A stretch of 64,000 nucleotides of DNA. It comes from Macrostomum lignano. Lineage: Eukaryota. Below the pieces are notes generated by a model. That model was not told the DNA's origin. It was given only the letters and a program-made list of their open reading frames with translations, and did not search any database. Made by a program: the position numbers and the translations under genes. Location: contig NIVC01000415.1 in assembly GCA_002269645.1 (NCBI GenBank), positions 310,001 to 374,000 on the forward strand. Reading direction: 5' to 3'. How positions within the stretch are numbered: position 1 is the stretch's first letter; each line of letters opens with the position of its first letter. This document shows, piece after piece, positions 33,141 to 64,000 of this stretch.

Positions 33141-34691
33141 GTTGCTAAATATAATAAATGTTCAAGGATTTCAAGGGAAGGCTATGTATCATTGTAGTTT
33201 CTCTGTATGTAAAACTGTGATTGTCCCTTAGCATTCTGCCAGTGAGCAATGGGACCAGTCACCAATGCACAATATGCAAAACAATTGAGAAGCAGATTAT
33301 TTGCTCACTGCATTACTGACTTGGAAAAGCTATACTTTGTGAGACCACGCGGTAACTTGATAGTTGCGATGGGAGAGACTGCACGGTTTCTGGATGAATT
33401 AGTAGTGTGGGTGTAGGTTGGGTGTAGAGAACATGGATGTAGTGATAAGCAGATGAAGAGTTCAGGCATCTATACATGTACAAGTATAGCGAGATGAATG
33501 GGCATTTTCACCGGCCAGAATAATGCGTGCCTGTGTGTGCGTCATTAGTGGACAATTACGGCCGTCTAAATATAACTTGACGTTTTCACATTTGCTATAC
33601 GAGCGTACTTGATAAATAAAACCATGTATTAATGCCAGAATGTGACCACTTGCACTGGTTAGCTATGCAAAGCGGCAAGAAGTTTTTATGTCACTAAATT
33701 CCATAAATGCGCGAATGCATGCACGCTAAGCCCGATATATTTCTTGTGTACAGTTACAGTAACTTAGAAATTTCACGGTCCATGCGTCACACGCTGCATG
33801 GTAAATATTTATTATGATATAATAAACTAAGCTAAAGATGGCACAAAGTCCAGTAAGATCGGGGGGCATTGTACACGTGGTTGGCCTTATAGGGTGAATC
33901 CAGCCAATCTGTAATACAAGTTAGTTCGCACGTTGCACACAGCAAGACAGCACACGGGGTGTGGTGGTGGCAGCACGAGAGTAGTGATTGTGGGGTGGCG
34001 TTCCCAGTTTGCCAACTGGTTTTTGATTTCGACTGTTTTTGCTTGTATTCGCCAGGCTGCCAACGCAACGTAACTATTTCATGCGATTTCCCACCTCTCT
34101 CCCTCCAGGTTTGGCAATCTCTTCGGCTGCGACTTGCGCGCACGCAGAGCGGAGACGGAGTCAGAGGAGAGGGTGAGAGTAGGGGGAGAGAGGGGCGTTG
34201 AGTCACAATCGCGGCAAATAAATTTGGCCAAGCTCCGTTCCTAGGAGTCAGTGTGTGCGCGAGCGACTCCTCTCTCCAGTATGTATTTTAAGCCACAATC
34301 GTTATCGTTCGCTCTGATTTCTTCAATACATTGATCCGTGGTACTGCGACGGCTGCCTGCAGTCCCGCTAGCCAACACAAGCATACTGTGTGTCGCTGGG
34401 CCTGCACACACACACACACGCACACGGATTATTGAAAGGCCGAGACAGTCAGCCAGACAGAAAGGGAAGAAAGAGAACGAATCGGTTTAAGTCGCTGCTG
34501 CAGCTCGACCGTCTACCCACCCCTACCCCAACCCCGGTTGGCTCAGGGATCCGCTGGCCCAAGTCTACAGAGTCTACTTATTAATCCCATTGCATTGAGC
34601 AACCTCTCTTATTATCCGCGCTTCGCTTCGACTGACTTCGACTCGACTCGAGAAGATTTGACTTCTCCGACCGACCGACTGACCGAGAAAA

Positions 34692-35948
34692 ATGTTACAT
34701 TCGAGCTATTTGCACTACGCCCAGTTGGCCGCGGCCCTCTTCGTGGTCGCCATGCTCGCTGTGCTGCTCACGGCCTACATCCTCGCCATCATTTGGGCTA
34801 GGGTGTACTTCTACCGGCGAGTTAACTTCAGTCCAGACATGCTGGAGGCTGGACTTCCAGGCGTTTCAATCATCAAACCGCTCGTTGGGATCGATCGGAA
34901 CGTGTACGCAAATCTGGAGACCTTCTTCACGCTGCAGTACCCCAAATATGAGCTGCTGTTCTGCCTGGAGTCCGACTCCGACTCCGCCCGAATGGTGATA
35001 GAGACTCTCATGGAGAAGTACCCGGCTGTAGAGGCTCGACTGCTGTGCTCACCAATCTTGTGCGGCGTGAATCCGAAGATAAACAACATGATGCAAGGCT
35101 ACCAGACTGCGAAGCATCAGCTGGTGCTTATCTCCGATAGCGGTGTCAAAATGCGACCAGAGGCCCTCGCAGACATGGTTTGGTGCATCAACCAGAAGGA
35201 CGTCGGCCTGGTGCATCAGATGCCATTCGTAGATCAACGACCGGGCTTCCGCAGTCTTGTACACTCCGCCTACTTTGGCTGCTCGCACGCCAAGTCCTAT
35301 ATTAGCGCCAACTGTTTAGGCATCACCTGCTGCACCGGGATGTCATGCTTATTCCGCAGGCAGGTTGTGGACAAGCTTCCCAGCGGCCTGGCCTACTTCG
35401 GGCGCTACTTGGCCGAGGATTTCTTCTTAGCGCAGCACATCCAGTCAAGAGGCTACCGAGTGTCCGTGTCGCACTATCCGGCTCTACAGGATGGCACAGG
35501 CGAAGTGAGATTCCTTCAACGAAGATTGATTCGCTGGGCCCAGCTCCGCACCGCTATGGTGCCGCACATCATTCTACTGGAGCTCATCGCCGAGTGCTTA
35601 GCGGCCGGCCTGCTAGGCGCGTGGGCTCTGCCGTTCCTCTTCCCCAGCTTGAATCCCTGCGCCTGCTTCCTGATTCACTGCCTGACGTGGCTCCTAGCCG
35701 ACTATGCCATGCTGCGCAGCTGCATGGACACCGCTGGCGTTGACGAGAAGCCGCAATTCGGCCGCGTTGAATTCGTTTGCGCCTGGCTGCTCTGCGTCGG
35801 CATGACGCCGTTGAATCTGCTGGTCTCGCTTAGTCGCTCCGAGATTGTCTGGCGAAATCGGCGCTTCCGGCTGAGCTGGGGCGGCGCCACCCACGAAGTG
35901 TCGTCGCAGCAGAAGTTGACTAACGCTAGCAGTAAACCGACGCTTTGA
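34692..35948 (+). CDS. UGCG: Ceramide glucosyltransferase (glucosylceramide synthase, GT21), intronless, 418 aa
   Basis: N-terminal TM helix, LPGVSIIKPLVG, NLETFFTLQYPKYELLFC, GVNPKINN, ISDSG, GLVHQMP, CCTGMSCL, LAEDFF, RLIRW motif, C-terminal hydrophobic segments, W..RRFRL..GG. Confidence 0.97.
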   Translation: MLHSSYLHYAQLAAALFVVAMLAVLLTAYILAIIWARVYFYRRVNFSPDMLEAGLPGVSIIKPLVGIDRNVYANLETFFTLQYPKYELLFCLESDSDSARMVIETLMEKYPAVEARLLCSPILCGVNPKINNMMQGYQTAKHQLVLISDSGVKMRPEALADMVWCINQKDVGLVHQMPFVDQRPGFRSLVHSAYFGCSHAKSYISANCLGITCCTGMSCLFRRQVVDKLPSGLAYFGRYLAEDFFLAQHIQSRGYRVSVSHYPALQDGTGEVRFLQRRLIRWAQLRTAMVPHIILLELIAECLAAGLLGAWALPFLFPSLNPCACFLIHCLTWLLADYAMLRSCMDTAGVDEKPQFGRVEFVCAWLLCVGMTPLNLLVSLSRSEIVWRNRRFRLSWGGATHEVSSQQKLTNASSKPTL

Positions 35949-37494
35949 TGATAGCTGCAAGTAAGCTATATTTTCCAAGGGAAAAGCAGGAAACAGGAGC
36001 AGCACTCTTGGTCTCCCGGTGTTGAAACCGATTCAAACACTCCTTGAACCCCTAGCTGATGCGCATGACAATGTGGCATTTTGTTCTTCATTATTTCGTA
36101 GTTTGACCGTCTTAAATTGTTTTTTTTTAAATCTTAATAGCCTTTATTCGGATAGGTTAGAATTGAATAACCAAGCAGATATACGAGCTAACTTTGGCTC
36201 AGTGCCAGTCAAATTTGGCCTCCACTGCGGCTGTGTCAGCACAATCTGTCCTCTCATTCATTCTATTTCAAAGCAGACTATTCACCAGTTTCCTCTAGCT
36301 AGACGTAAAATCCTTTGACGCGTCTTTTCTTCTATTAGCTGCTATTTTTATACGCTCGTTAAATCTGAAAGACCCCGATCTTGCCGGTTTGTTTAAAATT
36401 GTTGCGTAGCTCGTATCATAAATGTCATTTTTACCTACGAGTTCGCGTACCACCTGTCTCTTATGGACTGGCAGGGTAAGCCGGTATGCGCTGCATGTAT
36501 ACACTTTATTTGCACAATTAATTGTATTGCGCGACGCCTGCAGCTGCGTATATCTGCTCGAATTGCCCCCATGTTTCCTTCCAAAGTAATTTTCAATACT
36601 TTATTACTGCTGCACCTGGTTTTAATTTGCACACCCTCTTGTACGAGCGTAGCCCTTTGTCCTTGATTTGACATGCATTCTCCGAACTCAAGTGCTTGCC
36701 TGCTAATTGCCCTGACTTGTCTAGTCGCTGCAACAATAAAACTTATTAATGTATGCCCCAGCCAAAAGCTGGAAATCAGGTAGGCTTGTTCTTCTGCTTC
36801 CGTTTGCTTTATTTAAAGGAGCCTTATTAAACTTTTCGAATGCTAAGAAACCGGCCTAGCTCAAAGAGAGAAGAAGAGACACAGAGAGATCTGGAACTCT
36901 GCTCGGATTTGAACGCCGCTGTGCAAGCAGGGCTAGAGCTGGATTGGCATGAATTCTTCGAAACAAGCGCTGCTGTAAGTCGCCCTAGCTGTCTCGTGTC
37001 TTCTGTCCAAATACCCCCCCCCATAGCTATCAGTTCAACTCTTGTTTAACCAAGTGCGCACTTGAAGTATTTGGAAGGAAACTTTGCATTCGCTGCATAT
37101 AAAAGCCTCTCGATTAAGTCTGTTTTGGGTAGTTCAGTTCTGTGTGTGTGGGTGTGTGTACAAATTTCTGAATTGGAATTTGCAGCGGATGAGAAAAAGT
37201 GAATATGGCTCATTTTTTTGGCAACGTTTTGTTCTGAATGCATACGCTCGTAAACGCAGTTATGTACGCGAACCTGCGTTTACCTGGATTTTATCGCGCT
37301 ACCAGGTACAGACAGTGAAATTCCGGGCGGAGGCAGCGCATTTGCAGTTCAAATATCACGTGTTTGCATTGTGGCAGCTAATTTAACAGGAATTATTCTG
37401 TAAAATTCAGGGTAGCTGCAGTAGCTGGGACATACTTGAGGTGTATTAATAAAGTAAATGTAGTGCAGTTCTGCAAGATTGAAGGGAAAAATAG

Positions 37495-37985
37495 ACGAGG
37501 GGTAGTAGAATAGAACAGCAAATTAGGGTAGTAAAGCAGCAGATCAGAGTAGTAGAATAGTAGATTAGGGTAGTAGAACTGTAGATTAAGGTATTGTAGA
37601 ACAGTAGATCAGAGTAGTAGAACAGTAGATCAGAGTAGTAGAACAGTAGATCAGGGTAGTAGAACTGTAGATCAGAGTAGTAGAACAGTAGATCAGAGTA
37701 GTAGAACAGTAGATCAGAGTAGTAGAACAGTAGATCAGGGTAGTAGAACTGTAGATCAGGGCAGTAGAACTGTAGATCAGAGTAGTAGAACAGTAGATCA
37801 GGGTAGTAGAACTGTAGATCAGGGCAGTAGAACTGTAGATCAGAGTAGTAGAACAGTAGATCAGAGTAGTTTAATGGTAGATTTGGGTAGTAGAACAGCA
37901 GATTTGGGTAGTAGAACAGCAGATTTGGGTAGTAGAACAGCAGATTTGGGTAGTAGAACAGCAGATTTGGGTAGTAGAACAATAC
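37495..37985. repeat. 21-bp minisatellite
   Basis: Unit AGTAGTAGAACAGTAGATCAG; source of the YYSDLLF ORF. Confidence 0.9.
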
Positions 37986-38308
37986 ATAGCACAAAAAACG
38001 ATTAAATCACCGATGACTCACAGAACCAAGGACCAAATTAAAGTGATGAAACTTTATCGACCTTCACTACAAGCTTTGAAATCGACTTTTATTTCGGCAA
38101 TTTTATTTAACCAACAAATCCGCTGTGTCACAATTGAAACTTGAATCAGAAGCATTAAATTCATAATCAAATCAGTATTCTAGTGTAAAAAGTACAAACT
38201 GCAACTTCAATGGTGAGCATCAGGTGCTTGGCTTTCCGCTGCCACTGAAGAAGCTCAGCTGAAATACGAGAGGGCGGTTGTTGCAGTAGCAAGTACGTTA
38301 ACTGGAGC

Positions 38309-60001
<21,693 letters not shown>

Positions 60002-60024
60002 CTGCAAGTGAGGTGGATGACTAG

Positions 60025-60815
60025 ATTATATAGATTTGGCAGATGGATCAAGTATAGATTTGGCAGATAGATCAAGTATAGATTTGGCAGATAGATCAAG
60101 TATAGATTTGGCAGATAGATCAAGTATAGATTTGGCAGATAGATCAAGTATAGATTTGGCAGGTAGATCAAGTATAGATTTGGCAGATAGATCAAGCATA
60201 GATTTGGCAGATAGATCAAGTATAGATTTGGCAGATAGATCAAGTATAGATTTGGCAGATAGATCAAGTATAGATTTGGCAGATAGATCAAGTATAGATT
60301 TGGCAGATAGATCAAGTATAGATTTGGCAGATAGATCAAGTATAGATTTGGCAGATAGATCAAGTATAGATTTGGCAGATAGATCAAGTATAGATTTGGC
60401 AGATAGATCAAGTATAGATTTGGCAGATAGATCAAGTATAGATTTGGCAGATAGATCAAGCATAGATTTGGCAGATAGATCAAGTATAGATTTGGCAGAT
60501 AGATCAAGTATAGATTTGGCAGATAGATCAAGTATAGATTTGGCAGATAGATCAAGTATAGATTTGGCAGATAGATCAAGCATAGATTTGGCAGATAGAT
60601 CAAGTATAGATTTGGCAGATAGATCAAGTATAGATTTGGCAGATAGATCAAGTATAGATTTGGCAGATAGATCAAGTATAGATTTGGCAGATAGATCAAG
60701 TATAGATTTGGCAGATAGATCAAGTATAGATTTGGCAGATAGATCAAGTATAGATTTGGCAGATAGATCAAGTATAGATTTGGCAGATAGATCAAGTATA
60801 GATTTGGCAGATAGA
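60025..60815. repeat. 24-bp minisatellite, ~33 copies
   Basis: Unit TAGATTTGGCAGATAGATCAAGTA. Confidence 0.97.
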
Positions 60816-61319
60816 TCTCTCACACGATCAATCCTCACTCGATCCACAAGTTATCGCTGCTCTCTCTTCTCTGATCCCGTAAATCCTCCTCGAGCAGTAT
60901 TTCCTACTGCAGTTTTTTATTATTTATCCCAATAATTTCTCCCTTGAGACCTCTCAAACTAAACTTTTTCTGCGACTGGGAGGAGAATTCTTATAGCCAG
61001 TGTACATTTTGCAAGTCGGTAACAGATTCGGGAATATTGGGTAAAGGGATCGAGTCGAGCATTCGAATTTCTTGATGGCGATCCCCAACCGTCCCGAATC
61101 CCAACCCTCGTGAGCCTCTCCGACTCGACTGCTGTGCGCTCTGCTTTTACTAATTAGACTGTGGCGTGAGGCGCATACTCAGTTTGTGTACTCAGCTCCC
61201 TCCCTACAGCCCATGCATCCGCCTCCCACCGTCTGCTAAGCTTCCGAATAATATATCATCAAGTACTGATAGATTTATGGCTGCCTGCCTGCCTGCTCTC
61301 CTGCCTTCTGCCTGAGAGT

Positions 61320-63365
61320 CTCACCTGTCTTTCTTCCAGTCTCTAATCTTACCTGTCTCTTCCAGTCTCTAATCTCACCTGTCTCTCACTCAGTCTCCCA
61401 ATCAATCTCACTTGTCTCTTTTCCAATCTCTAATCTTACCTGTCTCTCACTCAGTCTCCCAATCAATCTCACTTGTCTCTTTTCCAAACTCTAATCTTAC
61501 CTGTCTCTCACTCAGTCTCCCAATCAATCTCACTTGTCTCTTTTCCAATCTCTAATCTTACCTGTCTCTCACTCAGTCTCCCAATCAATCTCACTTGTCT
61601 CTTTTTTAATCTCTAATCTTACCTGTCTCTCACTCAGTCTCCCAATCAATCTCACTTGTCTCTTTTCCAATCTCTAATCTTACCTGTCTCTCACTCAGTC
61701 TCCCAATCAATCTCACTTGTCTCTTTTCCAATCTCTAATCTTACCTGTCTCTCACTCAGTCTCCCAATCAATCTCACTTGTCTCTTTTCCAATCTCTAAT
61801 CTTACCTGTCTCTCACTCAGTCTCCCAATCAATCTCACTTGTCTCTTTTCCAATCTCTAATCTTACCTGTCTCTCACTCAGTCTCCCAATCAATCTCACT
61901 TGTCTCTTTTCCAATCTCTAATCTTACCTGTCTCTCACTCAGTCTCCCAATCAATCTCACTTGTCTCTTTTCCAATCTCTAATCTTACCTGTCTCGCACT
62001 CAGTCTCCCAATCAATCTCACTTGTCTCTTTTCCAAACTCTAATCTTACCTGTCTCTCACTCAGTCTCCCAATCAATCTCACTTGTCTCTTTTCCAATCT
62101 CTAATCTTACCTGTCTCGCACTCAGTCTCCCAATCAATCTCACTTGTCTCTTTTCCAATCTCTAATCTTACCTGTCTCTCACTCAGTCTCCCAATCAATC
62201 TCACTTGTCTCTTTTCCAATCTCTAATCTTACCTGTCTCGCACTCAGTCTCCCAATCAATCTCACTTGTCTCTTTTCCAAACTCTAATCTTACCTGTCTC
62301 TCACTCAGTCTCCCAATCAATCTCACTTGTCTCTTTTCCAATCTCTAATCTTACCTGTCTCTCACTCAGTCTCCCAATCAATCTCACTTGTCTCTTTTCC
62401 AATCTCTAATCTTACCTGTCTCTCACTCAGTCTCCCAATCAATCTCACTTGTCTCTTTTCCAATCTCTAATCTTACCTGTCTCGCACTCAGTCTCCCAAT
62501 CAATCTCACTTGTCTCTTTTCCAATCTCTAATCTTACCTGTCTCTCACTCAGTCTCCCAATCAATCTCACTTGTCTCTTTTCCAAACTCTAATCTTACCT
62601 GTCTCTCATTTAGCCTCCCAATCAATCTCACTTGTCTCTTTTCCAAACTCTAATCTTACCTGTCTCTCACTCAGTCTCCCAATCAATCTCACTTGTCTCT
62701 TTTCCAATCTCTAATCTTACCTGTCTCTCACTCAGTCTCCCAATCAATCTCACTTGTCTCTTTTCCAATCTCTAATCTTACCTGTCTCTCACTCAGTCTC
62801 CCAATCAATCTCACTTGTCTCTTTTCCAATCTCTAATCTTACCTGTCTCTCACTCAGTCTCCCAATCAATCTCACTTGTCTCTTTTCCAATCTCTAATCT
62901 TACCTGTCTCTCACTCAGTCTCCCAATCAATCTCACTTGTCTCTTTTCCAATCTCTAATCTTACCTGTCTCGCACTCAGTCTCCCAATCAATCTCACTTG
63001 TCTCTTTTCCAATCTCTAATCTTACCTGTCTCTCACTCAGTCTCCCAATCAATCTCACTTGTCTCTTTTCCAATCTCTAATCTTACCTGTCTCTCACTCA
63101 GTCTCCCAATCAATCTCACTTGTCTATTTTCCAATCTCTAATCTTACCTGTCTCTCACTCAGTCTCCCAATCAATCTCACTTGTCTCTTTTCCAATCTCT
63201 AATCTTACCTGTCTCGCACTCAGTCTCCCAATCAATCTCACTTGTCTCTTTTCCAATCTCTAATCTTACCTGTCTCTCACTCAGTCTCCCAATCAATCTC
63301 ACTTGTCTCTTTTCCAAACTCTAATCTTACCTGTCTCTCATTTAGCCTCCCAATAAATCTCACCC
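61320..63365. repeat. 61-bp satellite, ~33 copies
   Basis: Unit CTTACCTGTCTCTCACTCAGTCTCCCAATCAATCTCACTTGTCTCTTTTCCAATCTCTAAT; period 61 (61740, 61801). Confidence 0.97.
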
Positions 63366-64000
63366 AATCTCCCAAACAATCTCACCTGTCTGATTCCCAG
63401 ATCTCCTAATAAATGTCGCCTGTCTCTCTCCCAAATCTATCAATCAATCTCACCTGTCGTTCTTCTCATCTCCTTAATCAATCTCATGTGCTTGAGTCTC
63501 TCATTCACCGTCTCGCCCCACTAGCGTCCTTGGCGCAGAACTATCTATAGATTACAGCAGGTGTTTATCACAGAACTGGGCCAACCCAACAATCAATACT
63601 ATTGGCATGATACTCTACTTAAAAATGGATAATAGTATTCTATTATGTATAGCTACGGGGCTTAGATGCAGGTTTCTCAAGTGGAGATGCACCTGAGAGA
63701 GCACCTGATGAATCGCCCACTTAAGCCGAGGGTGAAGGAGAAGGGCCACGATCACTTCTCCCACATTCTGCCTCTCTACTCCCTCTCTGCTGGCTAGCAT
63801 ATTTTTGAGAAAGATATCTGATACAGTTTAGAATACATGTAGGAGCTTTTTATCTAGAGTGAGCTAGATTGATGTAGATTGATCTAGAGAGAGATTAAGA
63901 TACGCAAGAGTTAATTAAATTAGGCTTTAGTGAACTAGAGTGAGATAGAATAAGCTAGAGTGAACTAGAGTTAACTACATTAGGCTAAAGTGAGCTAGAT

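Noticed and set aside
60838-60903. Small minus-strand exon EILLEEDLRDQRRESSDNLWI upstream of SCYL2 exon 60001
   Set aside because: The phase would fit, but the acceptor is weak and I see no similarity to SCYL2.
63615-63800. Minus-strand ORF containing LHPRL as the missing SCYL2 N-terminal exon
   Set aside because: Only a 4-residue match to the expected LRHPRL region; the surrounding residues and the donor phase do not fit.

Overview
Eukaryotic (animal) genomic DNA with spliceosomal introns. About 20 kb (~30%) of the window is tandem repeat. GC-rich exons, a protostome-type intermediate filament and dense intronic minisatellites suggest a flatworm such as Macrostomum; this is inference, not a database match. 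Genes reconstructed by hand from GT-AG sites and reading-frame phase: (1) a cytoplasmic intermediate filament protein with lamin-tail domain (minus, 3' end outside the window, with a 12-nt microexon); (2) a 193-aa RhoA/Rho1 GTPase (minus, 3 exons); (3) a secreted PAN/apple + fibrinogen-domain gene (minus, one apparent frameshift); (4) an unidentified ORF pair at 25.1-26.2 kb; (5) an intronless glucosylceramide synthase (plus); (6) a multi-exon SCYL2-like pseudokinase (minus, N-terminus not found); (7) a neuropeptide precursor with 8 non-amidated xxxGTYDW peptides, nested antisense in a putative SCYL2 intron. Mobile DNA includes four copies of a tRNA-derived CORE-like SINE, two RTE-type LINE fragments, an LTR integrase relic and two MITE-like inverted repeats. 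Most interesting: the GTYDW neuropeptide precursor, a 4.4-kb satellite built from the SINE 5' end (~255 tandem Pol III A boxes), and intronic satellites whose units read as splice signals. No CRISPR, rRNA or intact tRNA was found.
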